DNA of 64,000 nucleotides, taken from Candidatus Hydrogenedentota bacterium. GTDB lineage: Bacteria > Hydrogenedentota > Hydrogenedentia > Hydrogenedentales > SLHB01. The translations under genes were made by a program, and so were the position numbers. The DNA lies in contig BTWA01000004.1 in assembly GCA_045863295.1 (NCBI GenBank), forward strand, positions 160,001-224,000, in the 5' to 3' direction. Numbering within the stretch: position 1 is the stretch's first letter; each line of letters begins with the position of its first letter. The notes beneath the pieces are model-generated. The model ran no database searches. It worked only from the letters and a program-made list of their open reading frames with translations, and was not told the DNA's origin. This document shows positions 9,459-19,499 of the stretch, piece after piece.

Positions 9459-10438
9459 TGGGAATCCACTCCGCTGTAACCGCCGGATCGAATCCAAGCG
9501 ATGGTGTTCTTCAGCCCCTCTTCCAATTGGACCTTGGGCTCCCAGTTGAGCAGCGTCTTGGCCTTGGTGTTGTTGGCCAGCACACGCTTAATCTCGCTCT
9601 TCTTGGGCCGGAACCGCTCGGGATCCGTGACAATTTGAAGATCGACTTCCATCAGCGTGGCGATCATTTGCGCCAATTCGCCAATAGTAACGGCCTGGGG
9701 CGATCCGAAATTCACCACCTCGCCCACCACTCCGTCCTCGACAGACATGCAAAGAAAGGCGTCGACAATATCGTCCGCATACGTGAAATTGCGGGTCGGA
9801 GTCACATCGCCCAGATGGAGTTCGTTGCGGCGCTGCAACTGCTGAATGATCGTCGGGATGACGAGAAAGCGTCCGACACGCGGACCGTAGGCATTAAAGA
9901 TGCGGCAAATGGACACGGGAACGTCGTATGAAAGATAGAAGCTTTCCACCACGGCATCGGCCGCCAGCTTGGAAGCCGTGTACGGATTGTGCGCCGCAAC
10001 GGGATGCGTCTCGTCAATCGGTTCCCCCGATTTGGAAGAACCGTAAACGCCGGCGCTGGAAGTGTGCACCAATCGGCGCACTCCCTCATGCCGGGCCGCG
10101 TTGCAAACGTTCAAGGTTCCGAACACGTTGGTCACTACCGTCTCTTCGGGGTTCGCGTAGGAATAGGCCACGCTGGTGATGGCGGCGAGGTGGAATATCG
10201 TATCCACCCCCACAGCCGCCTCGCGTACGAATGCGCCGTCACGGATGTTGCCACCACACACCTCCAAATTCTTCTTTAAGTTCTCGGGCATCTCGGTCAG
10301 GTAACCGATGCTGCCGCGCATGTTGCCGTGAACCATGCCTCGCACTTCGGCGCCGAGGCTAAGCAACCGTTCGCACAGATGGCTTCCAATGAAGCCTCCG
10401 GCGCCCGTCACCAACACTTTGCGGCCGGTCCATTCCAT
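9455..10438 (-). CDS. NAD-dependent nucleotide-sugar epimerase/dehydratase (extended SDR)
   Basis: VLVTGAGGFIGSHL, HLAA, TSS, YTASK (YxxxK), FNAYGPR. Confidence 0.92.
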   Translation of the reverse strand: MEWTGRKVLVTGAGGFIGSHLCERLLSLGAEVRGMVHGNMRGSIGYLTEMPENLKKNLEVCGGNIRDGAFVREAAVGVDTIFHLAAITSVAYSYANPEETVVTNVFGTLNVCNAARHEGVRRLVHTSSAGVYGSSKSGEPIDETHPVAAHNPYTASKLAADAVVESFYLSYDVPVSICRIFNAYGPRVGRFLVIPTIIQQLQRRNELHLGDVTPTRNFTYADDIVDAFLCMSVEDGVVGEVVNFGSPQAVTIGELAQMIATLMEVDLQIVTDPERFRPKKSEIKRVLANNTKAKTLLNWEPKVQLEEGLKNTIAWIRSGGYSGVDSQ

Positions 10439-10442
10439 GGCG

Positions 10443-11180
10443 TCAGGCCGCCGGCGCCGGTTTCGTCCACAAACCCATCATGTGCGTACAGGTGCCGCGC
10501 AATAACGGTGTGCGCATCTGCACGCGCTCCAAGGCCCGCACGGCAAGGGCCAACGGACCATTGAAAATAAAAAAGGCCCACATGCCGCCAATCATGTCGA
10601 GTCGTTGCCGTTGAAATCCGGCGGCGTGCATCGCGCCGGTGATCGCGGACGGCGTATTGGCGCGGTAATGCGCCGGAAAGGTGTCTTCGTCGTGTCCCCC
10701 AAAGAGGAAACGCTTGAAAAGTTGCTTGAGGCGATAGGGCCACAGACGCGCGATAACGGCGAAGAGGCTGTTCTTGTTCGGGGTCAGAATGGCAACCACG
10801 CCGCCGGGCCTCAACACGCGGCAGAACTCGCGAAAAACCGCGACCGGATCCGTCAAATGTTCGACCACAAATTTGCAAACGATGACGTCAAACGCTTCGT
10901 TGCGGAACGGCAACGCATTCAATACGTTCAGCACCCGGTGGCGAAACAGCGAATTGCCGCGCAAACCCAACTCGTCCGCGTCGCAAGCCACCGACATCGC
11001 GCCGTGATGAATCGAAGGCAAATCAGGATCCCCGCGGCTGGCGCCGGCGTCGAGCACGGACGTGGCAGGACCGATCGCGCCCGCATACAGCGCGTCGAAA
11101 GCACCATTGACATCGTTCACCCAGAGTTTGATCAAGCGGTAACGCCGCTCGCCAATCCGGGACACGACATCCGTGTCCAT
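10443..11180 (-). CDS. Class I SAM-dependent methyltransferase
   Basis: VLDAGASRG, LPFRNEAFDVIV, VVEHL, RVLRPGG; start MDTDVV inferred. Confidence 0.8.
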   Translation of the reverse strand: MDTDVVSRIGERRYRLIKLWVNDVNGAFDALYAGAIGPATSVLDAGASRGDPDLPSIHHGAMSVACDADELGLRGNSLFRHRVLNVLNALPFRNEAFDVIVCKFVVEHLTDPVAVFREFCRVLRPGGVVAILTPNKNSLFAVIARLWPYRLKQLFKRFLFGGHDEDTFPAHYRANTPSAITGAMHAAGFQRQRLDMIGGMWAFFIFNGPLALAVRALERVQMRTPLLRGTCTHMMGLWTKPAPAA

Positions 11181-11193
11181 CGCAAGGGATTTC

Positions 11194-12297
11194 TTATCCT
11201 GCGATGAGTTGTGCAAAGAGCCGCTCATAGTCTTCGGTAATCTGATCCCAGTCGTATTCGCGGCGGACCCGTTCCACCGCCTCATGGCCGTACTTGTCCA
11301 CTTCTTCCGGATGATCCACGAGCCACTGAATCTTGTCGCGTAGATCGTGGGTGTCTCTATTCTTGAAGGCGACGCCCGCGTGGGCCACCGCCTCGACGTT
11401 GTACGAGATGTCGCTGACGAGAACGCAGTTGCCCGCACCCATCGCCTCAAGGATGGCGGGGTGCGTGCCCCCCACTTCCATCGCGTTCACATACACATAC
11501 GCGTTGGCCTGCAAGGCCTTGTAGGCGTCGCCGTACAGCGCGCCGGGAAACAAAATCCGCGGGTCCTGCGTGGACTTCAGATCGCGTATGTACTCGTGGG
11601 CGAACGGCGCGCTCCCCACAATGAGCAGTTTCATGTCGGTCCGCACTTCCTCAAAGGCCTTCACGAGAATGTGTGCGTTGTTCTCGGGTTCGAGCCGGCT
11701 GACAAACAAAAAATACTTCCCGGGCTCGACCCCATACTGGGCCACCAACTCGCACCCGCGCCCACGCTCGACAATGTCGGCGCCATACGCGATGTACGTC
11801 GTGTCACGCTTAAACTTCTGCAAGTAGTACTCGCGTATCACCCGCGAGTCGGAAATCAGTACATTGGCCGTCTTGGCCCCCCACCACTCCGCAAACTTGA
11901 AATACCGCTGCGCCCACTTCGACCACTTCGCGCGCTCCCACTCCAGGCCGTCGGTGTTCAACGCCACTTTCACCCCAAAAAGCCGCGCCAGCCACAAAAA
12001 CGTGCTGTTGCCGGAACTGCAGTAGCAGGCGGCCTTTCCGGTTCGAGTCAGCGCCATATGCACGGTCGAAAAGAACGTGTGCGAGATTGAGTCCAGGTGC
12101 TTGGTATGGATGCTAGGCAATGCCACCAGGCGTACCCCACGGTATTCAGTCAGAATCTCGTCATAATTCGTGCTTCGACAGTAAACAGTCACGTCATGGC
12201 CGCGTGCGGCCAGCCGGACCGCGACCTCCTCCACAAACGTCTCAAATCCGCCGTAGTTGGCCGGAATGCCTCGGGTACCCAGAAAAGCCAACTTCAA
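11194..12297 (-). CDS. Glycosyltransferase family 4 (DUF1972-type N-terminus)
   Basis: LAFLGTRGIPANYGGFETF, VSRLEPENN, EVGGTHPAILEAMG; TTG start with GGAGGG SD. Confidence 0.9.
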   Translation of the reverse strand: MKLAFLGTRGIPANYGGFETFVEEVAVRLAARGHDVTVYCRSTNYDEILTEYRGVRLVALPSIHTKHLDSISHTFFSTVHMALTRTGKAACYCSSGNSTFLWLARLFGVKVALNTDGLEWERAKWSKWAQRYFKFAEWWGAKTANVLISDSRVIREYYLQKFKRDTTYIAYGADIVERGRGCELVAQYGVEPGKYFLFVSRLEPENNAHILVKAFEEVRTDMKLLIVGSAPFAHEYIRDLKSTQDPRILFPGALYGDAYKALQANAYVYVNAMEVGGTHPAILEAMGAGNCVLVSDISYNVEAVAHAGVAFKNRDTHDLRDKIQWLVDHPEEVDKYGHEAVERVRREYDWDQITEDYERLFAQLIAG

Positions 12298-12799
12298 GAG
12301 TTGGCCCTCCGGTTCGTTGGGACCCTGCCGGTCGCACTGTCTGGCGTGTGCATACCCCACATCCGGACGCCACTACGCGTGTTCTCGTACCGCCATCGGT
12401 CCGTAGGACGGACGAACCAGAAGGCAATTCGACAATATAGCCTATAAGCCTGAGGCGATTATACAAGATATTGTATTCGAGGTAAAGAAAAATTTTCCCA
12501 TTGTGCCGCAATTCCAGGATTCAGACACTTCCTGACACTTTGGACAGCAAAATCGCTGTCTCCAAGCCACTTATCGGCACTAACTACAACATACTGAAGC
12601 AATAGCTCTTTATGTACACAATATATATTAAATAAACAAAATAAGCTCTAAACTGGAACGCCCATCTTAAACGCATCCTCCCAAGCCCCTCTTGTGTGTC
12701 CAAATTGTCCGCCCAGACACTCATCTTGTCTCCTACCCAGTCGTCTCCAAACGCCAATGTACGCAGGCGCCCCCAATTCCGCCGCCCTCACCGCCTTTA

Positions 12800-12835
12800 G
12801 TCCTTTTTGTCCTTTTCGTCCCTTCTGTCCTTAAT
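12800..12835. repeat. Four tandem imperfect 9-nt units (GTCCTTTTT/GTCCTTTTC/GTCCCTTCT/GTCCTTAAT)
   Basis: Units start at 12800, 12809, 12818, 12827; read as GGAC repeats on the minus strand. Confidence 0.7.
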
Positions 12836-13094
12836 TCCTGCCTATCAAAAAGTATTCTCCTCCCCCACCGCCCCGATCACTACCGCCTCAAGCCAAAAAT
12901 GCGCAAGCCCCACGCTCGCAAGATACCTGCTCATCACCGGTGCAACATACCTTTTCTACTTCAACCGTCCCGCACACCCGCCAATTTCATAATTTACCCT
13001 TGTTTTGTTTTTTTGCCCTACATCGCCCAAAGGGCCGTCGCGCTCCAGTGCAACAACACGTGCTAAATGGTAGGGCGGAATACGCGATCGGATC

Positions 13095-14207
13095 TCAAGA
13101 AAGGGCGGACTGGTAGCCAGCGATGGCGGATCGCGCCATGGCTTGAAGCGAATAATGCGATGCCCGTTGAGTTCCCAATGCCTGAAGCTGGGCTCGAAGA
13201 GGCGCGTCGAGAAGTATCTGCTCCAGACCCGCCTCGATGGAGACATCGTCCAGCGGTTCGCAAATAACGGCGGCATCGCCCGCGACTTCTCGAAGCGCTC
13301 GGGTGCTGGAGGTGAGCACGGGAGTGCCGGCGGCCATGGCTTCGAGCACCGGCAAACCGAACCCTTCATAAAGCGAGATGTAGGCAAAGACAGAAGCGCC
13401 TTGGACAAGAGAGATCAGGTGTTCCTGGGCAACATAACCGGTAAAGATCAGCCGGTCGCCAAGGCGAAGCGATTCAATGGAATCGATCACCTCGTCGTAC
13501 AGCCACGTCTTCTTACCGGCAAGGACGAGTGCATGCGGAAGGCTGGGGTGTCTATCGACGACCCGCTTAAAGGCGGCGGCCAGCCGGACAAGGTTCTTCC
13601 GCGGCTGCAGAGCACCCACGTAGAGGACGTAGTCATTGGGTATCCGGTACTCCGATCGGGCGCTCGTAATGGACTCGGGCGAATGCCGCTCGAAGAACGC
13701 GGGATCGACGCCAGGGGACACCACGTCAATTCGATCGAGCGCGGTGCCGTACGTCTCATGGATTTCGTGTTTGATCGCGTGCGTCAGGGCGAATACACGC
13801 GCCGCGCGCCGCAATGTGCCGGGCACGAGCAGCGCAAGCCTTCGACGCATGCCTGGAGTGAACAGATCGGGATGACGTTCCCAACCGACATCGTGCAGGC
13901 TCACAACAAAAGGGCAAGGACACAACGGCGGCGCGTTGTATTGAACATGGATCAAATCGAGGTCCAGGCGCCATGCCGCCCACGGCAGTTCAAACGGAGT
14001 CCGCAAGATGGACGAGTGCAGCCTGAGTGGAAACGTGGGCATGCCCATGACGCAATCGGGGTCACGTCCAATCACGTCGCGTAGCGCAAGCGCCGTGAAA
14101 TCAAATTCCGGTGCAGGCGCCCGAAGTGCCGCAATCAGGGATCGAATGTACGTTTCGTTGCCGCCGGCCCCGGTGCCGATCGCGTGTGCGTCAATGCCGA
14201 TGCGCAT
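13095..14207 (-). CDS. Glycosyltransferase family 4 (mannosyltransferase-like)
   Basis: MRIGIDA..GGNETY, LYVGALQPRKN, SLYEGFGLPVLEAMAAGTPV. Confidence 0.92.
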   Translation of the reverse strand: MRIGIDAHAIGTGAGGNETYIRSLIAALRAPAPEFDFTALALRDVIGRDPDCVMGMPTFPLRLHSSILRTPFELPWAAWRLDLDLIHVQYNAPPLCPCPFVVSLHDVGWERHPDLFTPGMRRRLALLVPGTLRRAARVFALTHAIKHEIHETYGTALDRIDVVSPGVDPAFFERHSPESITSARSEYRIPNDYVLYVGALQPRKNLVRLAAAFKRVVDRHPSLPHALVLAGKKTWLYDEVIDSIESLRLGDRLIFTGYVAQEHLISLVQGASVFAYISLYEGFGLPVLEAMAAGTPVLTSSTRALREVAGDAAVICEPLDDVSIEAGLEQILLDAPLRAQLQALGTQRASHYSLQAMARSAIAGYQSALS

Positions 14208-14243
14208 GTGGACCCTGTTTCCATAGGCCGCGGGAAACCCGCG

Positions 14244-15401
14244 TTACTGACTCCGGTAAGAGGCAAGGGCCGCCCCGTACGTGTGATCGACCTGTTGAAT
14301 CATACGATCGAGTGAGAAATGCGTTTCAATACGCCGGCGCGCGGCGTCGCCCATTTCCCGGCGGCGGGCCGGATCGGCCGCAAGCCTCTCAATGGCCGCG
14401 GCGATGGCCAAGGCGTCTCCGGGCGGTGTGAGCACACCAGTCACGCCGGGCTCGATGGTCTCGCGGGATCCGCCAATATCAGAGGCGATGATGGGCAATC
14501 CCGCGGCTTCGGCTTCGAGGATGGCCGTCGGCAGCCCCTCCTGCTGCACCGAGGGTTGGGCGAAGAGGTCCATCGCGGCAAGAGCATCCGGCAGGTGCTG
14601 CACCCATCCGGGAAAGACAACTCGATGTTCTAGTCCCAGTTCCCGGGCTTGGGCTTGCAAGTCCGCGCGAACAGGTCCGTCGCCGATGATGAGAAGGTAC
14701 ACGTTGGGATGCGCGCCCTGCACGTGATGCACGGCATCGATCAAGTGCGTGTGGCCTTTTTCAATGGACACGCGGCTGACTGTGCCGACGACGCAGGCGT
14801 CTTCGGGGATGCCAAGCGACGCACGGAATTCGTTTCGCGATCCATTCGATTCGAGCGCCTTGATGCCAAGACCGGTGTGAATAACATGAATGCGCTCCGG
14901 CCGGGTGGGCCCTTTCAGAATCCGGCGCTTCATGTGATCGGATACGGTAATGACCGCATCCAGATTGGGCAATGCAAAATCGCGTTCTATCCATTGATAG
15001 ACGAAGCGGCGAAACGGAAACAAGCCGTCCCACCAGCCATACGCGCTGGCGACGCAGGCGCAAGACCATCGTTGGCGTCCGATGCCAAGAATGGTGTTGG
15101 ATTGAGGATCGTGTGCGTGTACAAGATCGATCTTGTAGCGGTCGATGAGATCGGCGATCGTGTTTCGCGCGCGATTCCAGTTTCCACGGGATTTCCACGG
15201 AATGCGTTCCGGGGCGACGTCCAGGCCGCGGGCGCGGGCTTGTGCTATGAACTGGTGATCGCCGTCGGTGTGGGCGTCGTAGGGCACACAGATGATGTTG
15301 TACCGGTCCTTGGGCATGTGCTCCATCAGCAGGAGCAGAATGGAATGCGATCCGCCGAATGCCCAGCAGCGGATAAGATAAAGAACATTCAACCGATCCA
15401 C
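14244..15401 (-). CDS. Glycosyltransferase family 4
   Basis: VSRVSIEKGH, IGDGP, QEGLPTAILEAEAAGLPIIASDIGG; GTG start overlapping upstream TAG. Confidence 0.9.
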   Translation of the reverse strand: MDRLNVLYLIRCWAFGGSHSILLLLMEHMPKDRYNIICVPYDAHTDGDHQFIAQARARGLDVAPERIPWKSRGNWNRARNTIADLIDRYKIDLVHAHDPQSNTILGIGRQRWSCACVASAYGWWDGLFPFRRFVYQWIERDFALPNLDAVITVSDHMKRRILKGPTRPERIHVIHTGLGIKALESNGSRNEFRASLGIPEDACVVGTVSRVSIEKGHTHLIDAVHHVQGAHPNVYLLIIGDGPVRADLQAQARELGLEHRVVFPGWVQHLPDALAAMDLFAQPSVQQEGLPTAILEAEAAGLPIIASDIGGSRETIEPGVTGVLTPPGDALAIAAAIERLAADPARRREMGDAARRRIETHFSLDRMIQQVDHTYGAALASYRSQ

Positions 15402-17524
15402 TAGGACTTCCAGCCGGCAACGGCAATAGTGGCGGTCTCTCCTGCTTCCACGTGAACCGATAGATCCGTCCCGTCGACAACATAGATGCCTGCAGGGCAT
15501 TGCACGGAAGATTTGCCTTCGGCATCGGTGGTGACCGTAATCGCCGCGGGCGAGACCGATTCGAGGTACGATTCGAGGCGCGTCATAACCGGTTTGGGTT
15601 TGCCGTCCGCCGACATCAATCCGCCACCCACCACGGAAGATGCACGGTCGGTGATGTCCCACCAGGTGATCGATTCAATCGAAGGATGTCCATACGCGAT
15701 CGTGTACACAAGCTCGGCAAACTCCGCCTGCAATTCAGGCGACCACTTCTCCCGCCAGTATCCGTTCTTGGCCTCGGGACCGTATTGATCGGGCAGCGAG
15801 AATTCGGTGATGTGAACCGGCTTTCCGAATTCCGCATAGCGATCGGCCAGATCCACCAGCGAGGCCGGCGTCACCGCCGGGCCCTGCAACCCCTGGAAGC
15901 GATCGCCGAACCGGAACCCGGGATAGAACTGCAACCCAACAACATTGAGTTGGGCGAGTTTCCCGGACGCCTGAAGCTGATCGAGGCATTGCGAATACGT
16001 CAACGGAAATGCATTTGCCGGCGTGCCATCCACATTGAAAAGGCTGTACTTCGCGCCAAAATCGATCTCGTGCGCGGCGTTTACCAACGAGACCAATTCC
16101 GGTTTGTACTCGATGCTCTCCGTCGCCGCCGCAAACAATTCGGTGACCTCTTCGCGGGACAGATTGACGGCGTTGGTGGCCGGCGGTTCGTTCATGGATT
16201 CCCAAATCGCAATGTCGTCAAAGTAACTCTCGAGCATGCGCTGCTGGAAGTCGATGGCCGCAAGGCGCAACTCGGCGGAGGGCATCGTGAACGCGCGTTC
16301 GGGCAGGATTCCATATCCCTGCAACCACACGACTCCATGGGCCTTGAGCGTGAATCCCAAGTCCTTCTGTTGTTGTATGCCGTAGGTCTTGTCGACTCCC
16401 GCCGCGTCATTGGTGTCTATCCAGCCCCAGCCCAGAAGCAGCGTGCTCATGTCGAATCCTGCTTCCCGGGCCGCCTTGTACACCGACGGCGTGTATTGTC
16501 CGCCCTCGAATACGCCGAAATGAAATTCCCTGGATTGCAGTTTCAGCGTGATTTCCTGATTCGCGGCAGGCTTGCCGTCGGCGTCCGTAACGGTGAGTTC
16601 GGCGGTGCCGTTGCGAAGCGAAGGCGCTGACGCCTTGGCCAAAGCCACTTCCAACTCGTCCCGCAGCCTGAGCGCAATCACGAGCAGTTCATCGGCTTTC
16701 GACGCCTGCTCCAAGGGGTCCTCGATTGCGGCGATCGCTCCGGAGGCGGCACTGAGCGCGGCGATTTCCAAACGGCTGGATTCCGGGAAATGACTGGATC
16801 GGCGGACCAGATCGGCAACCGCCGTGCGCGCGAGTTCCAGGTTCAAATCGATCACCATCGTCTCGCCTGGCGTGGCGGGAGCGAATCCCTTGCCCGCATT
16901 GTCTGCGCGCAACCACAGTTTCCCGTAGCCCCGCGTCTCCCAAAAGAGTACCTGCACGGCGCACGGCTCTCCCGGCTTCACGGCGAGTGCGGGCAGACCG
17001 ATTTCACGCGCGGACCCTTTTTGCCTCGCTTCCTCGTCATACACGGGCCAGATCACGGCCGGGGCCATGTCCATCTTCAAGTTGGTGGCGTAAATAAACT
17101 GATCGCCATGAAGACCGCGTGCGCGGAATTCCTGCCATCGCAAGAGATTGCCGTTGGAATCGCGTGCACGGACGGCGATGGTTGCGACTTCCGGCAGCGT
17201 AAGGGTTGGCGTTGGCTCGCCCTGGTACTTGTACACTCGAGGCGAATGGGCGTATCCCGCAATGCCGTCCACCGGATTGCCCGCGGGCGGCTGCACGACG
17301 AGATGGCCGGTCGCGGGCATGGTATCCACGGGAATGGAGAAGGCGCCGTCCGACCCTGTAAGCCCTTGCCCAAGAGAATCAAATGTATCCGAGAAAAGTC
17401 CGACATACACGGACGCAATTGGCGCGCCCTGCTCGGACTTCACGGTACCGGTAAAGGCGGCGCCGGCCTGTAGGTTCGCCGCCGCCAGCAGGATTACCGA
17501 TGTCAGCAGGCCGCGAAGTTTCAT
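15401..17524 (-). CDS. Secreted glycoside hydrolase with GH10-like TIM barrel and beta-sandwich (carboxypeptidase-regulatory-like) domains
   Basis: Signal peptide; HGVVW, WESMNEP (acid/base), VGLQF, KPVHITEFS (nucleophile), ITWWDITD, GL...DGKPKP match the GH10 pattern; ATGA overlap. Confidence 0.75.
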   Translation of the reverse strand: MKLRGLLTSVILLAAANLQAGAAFTGTVKSEQGAPIASVYVGLFSDTFDSLGQGLTGSDGAFSIPVDTMPATGHLVVQPPAGNPVDGIAGYAHSPRVYKYQGEPTPTLTLPEVATIAVRARDSNGNLLRWQEFRARGLHGDQFIYATNLKMDMAPAVIWPVYDEEARQKGSAREIGLPALAVKPGEPCAVQVLFWETRGYGKLWLRADNAGKGFAPATPGETMVIDLNLELARTAVADLVRRSSHFPESSRLEIAALSAASGAIAAIEDPLEQASKADELLVIALRLRDELEVALAKASAPSLRNGTAELTVTDADGKPAANQEITLKLQSREFHFGVFEGGQYTPSVYKAAREAGFDMSTLLLGWGWIDTNDAAGVDKTYGIQQQKDLGFTLKAHGVVWLQGYGILPERAFTMPSAELRLAAIDFQQRMLESYFDDIAIWESMNEPPATNAVNLSREEVTELFAAATESIEYKPELVSLVNAAHEIDFGAKYSLFNVDGTPANAFPLTYSQCLDQLQASGKLAQLNVVGLQFYPGFRFGDRFQGLQGPAVTPASLVDLADRYAEFGKPVHITEFSLPDQYGPEAKNGYWREKWSPELQAEFAELVYTIAYGHPSIESITWWDITDRASSVVGGGLMSADGKPKPVMTRLESYLESVSPAAITVTTDAEGKSSVQCPAGIYVVDGTDLSVHVEAGETATIAVAGWKS

Positions 17525-19044
17525 CGAGTTCGAGCGCCTTTGGCTGTGGAACCGCCGTTGGCCGCTTTGGCTTCCTGATCCGCGGCATAGGCATAGGGCA
17601 GCGTGGAAGCAATGACCACGACCATCCACCAGATCTTCTGGTTGAGTCCGTGCAGGAAAAACGAGCACATGAGAAATGCCACGAGACTAATCACAACGGC
17701 CCCGGACAGCAGCGCCATGGGCTGATCGCCCGCAGCACGATACAGTTTCTCCGCGCGCATGGCGTTTCGAAACGCGACAAAGACAAAGGCCAGCAACAGC
17801 AACAACCCGACAAATCCCGTTTCGCTCGCCAATTGCAGATACATGCTGTGCGGTCCGTAGTGGATGGGATCCCAGCCCCAATAACGAACCATCCAACGGA
17901 GCATTTGGGCGACCCAACTGTTCTCTTCCATGAACTTGAATCCGAATCCACCCAGACCGATGCCCGTAATGGGCCTGTCAAGCGCATATTGATAGGCATA
18001 TTCCTGAAGCTCAATGCGCGCTTCCGTGGACTGGCCCTCGTCGTAGATTTTCGGACTGAGCACACGGTCTTTATACGCCTCAGGCAGCACAAGCCAGACG
18101 ATGACCAGACCCACGGCCAATGCCGAAAGCCGGTACGGACTCAACCGCATCATCTGTTTGCCGAGCATGAGGGTAACGATGACCACGCCGACGATAAAAC
18201 CCATGCGGGTGAACGTCAGCACTAGCGCAATCAATTCGACCCCGATCGCACCGTACACGAGCAGTCTCTGGCGGCGCGTCTTGGCCATTGAATACCAATA
18301 GGTATTCAGCGGGAGAATCATCAGCAGCGCGTAGGCCAGCCACGTCGAGTGACCTAACGTGCCGGATACGCGCACGGCGCCGCCGCCGCTGCCCAACTCC
18401 GGATCGATGAACGCACCGCTCTGTCCACCGCCAATGGCTTCGATGCCCCCCACGCCGGAAAACTGCATGCTGGGAACAAGATATTGCATCACGGCGAAAA
18501 GGGACATGCCAACGCCGCAAGCGAGGATCAGGGAAACGTAGGTCTTCACCTTTTTCGAATCGTCGATGATGTGGATCGCGATAATGAACAGGACCACCAC
18601 GTTCGCGAGCCGGCCCCATTGCGGAGCTAGCACCCCCCACATTTCCTGTACCTGCCAGATGATTCCCAGGGCGGCCCAAGCCATGAAAGCCACCGCGAAC
18701 CAAAAATCCGAGTGAACTTTGATCGGCCGCCGGGTCACCAGCAGATTAAAGAACCAGGCGCCCACGGTTGCCAGTCCGCTCAACTTGGGCGCGGCCTGCG
18801 GGATGCTGACGGAAATGCCGGCCAAGGACAGGTTCAACCCGCCCATCAGCAGCAGGGCTGTCGTGATATAGAGGCCGATTGCGGGGTCACGCAAGTAAAT
18901 CACAAAGAAGAAACAGCCGATCACGAAGGCCAGCCCGAGTTCGGCCCAGCCGACCGTGGCAACGATGACACATGCGGCGAAAGCCACAATCAGAAATGGG
19001 GCGACAAGACTGCGTGGTTGAGCCGATTGGGTCGCGGCGGTCAT
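17521..19044 (-). CDS. O-antigen ligase / Wzy polymerase family membrane protein
   Basis: About 12 TM segments; RVSGTLGH, LTFTRMG, PITGIGLGGF, PHSMYLQLASETGFVGL. Confidence 0.88.
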   Translation of the reverse strand: MTAATQSAQPRSLVAPFLIVAFAACVIVATVGWAELGLAFVIGCFFFVIYLRDPAIGLYITTALLLMGGLNLSLAGISVSIPQAAPKLSGLATVGAWFFNLLVTRRPIKVHSDFWFAVAFMAWAALGIIWQVQEMWGVLAPQWGRLANVVVLFIIAIHIIDDSKKVKTYVSLILACGVGMSLFAVMQYLVPSMQFSGVGGIEAIGGGQSGAFIDPELGSGGGAVRVSGTLGHSTWLAYALLMILPLNTYWYSMAKTRRQRLLVYGAIGVELIALVLTFTRMGFIVGVVIVTLMLGKQMMRLSPYRLSALAVGLVIVWLVLPEAYKDRVLSPKIYDEGQSTEARIELQEYAYQYALDRPITGIGLGGFGFKFMEENSWVAQMLRWMVRYWGWDPIHYGPHSMYLQLASETGFVGLLLLLAFVFVAFRNAMRAEKLYRAAGDQPMALLSGAVVISLVAFLMCSFFLHGLNQKIWWMVVVIASTLPYAYAADQEAKAANGGSTAKGARTR

Positions 19045-19298
19045 AAGCGCGGACGCTCCTTGGGTTTCGGTACCGACCCGGCATACAAGGGCCTGCGCAC
19101 AGGTCGCAGTCTATCCTACATATAGTAGACGGATTTGTCCACCCTCAGGATATAGTGTATACGAAAATCTGAATTTCGTAAATAGCCATCTACTTGGTCA
19201 AGCGTTAAACCCGGCTCCGCTACGCTAGACACCGTTGCCAAATGCCGGGATTTCCCCGCTGAGAGAGCAACCGGTGCGCGACCCCGCGCCATCCGGTC

Positions 19299-19499
19299 TC
19301 AGGATAACCACTTGGGGGCGTGCCCTACTACAATCCATTGGTCTTCCAATTTGCGAAGACAGTAGAGCCCCCCTGCGGCGCTCAGCGCCCCCTCGTAGTA
19401 CTCGCCCTAGGCAGTAGCGTACGAGTTGCTGAACCTCGTCGAGCATCCTGTGAGGACGAACAAAATGATCTGGAGTGTCGCCGCAATAGTCTTGCTCAT
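19299..19499 (-). pseudogene. Small lipoprotein gene remnant with in-frame TAG at 19407-19409
   Basis: MSKTIAATLQIILFVLTGC-STRFSNSYATA*GEYYEGALSAAGGLYCLRKLEDQWIVVGHAPKWLS*; lipobox, ATGA coupling to upstream gene, protein-like sequence continues past the stop. Confidence 0.55.

Noticed and set aside
12800..12835. CRISPR-like array
   Set aside because: Units are 9 nt with no spacers; no cas genes in the window
19407..19409. Pyrrolysine or stop-codon reassignment at the in-frame TAG
   Set aside because: TAG is used as a normal stop by several genes in the window (e.g. 2719, 15401, 56905); no pyl genes seen
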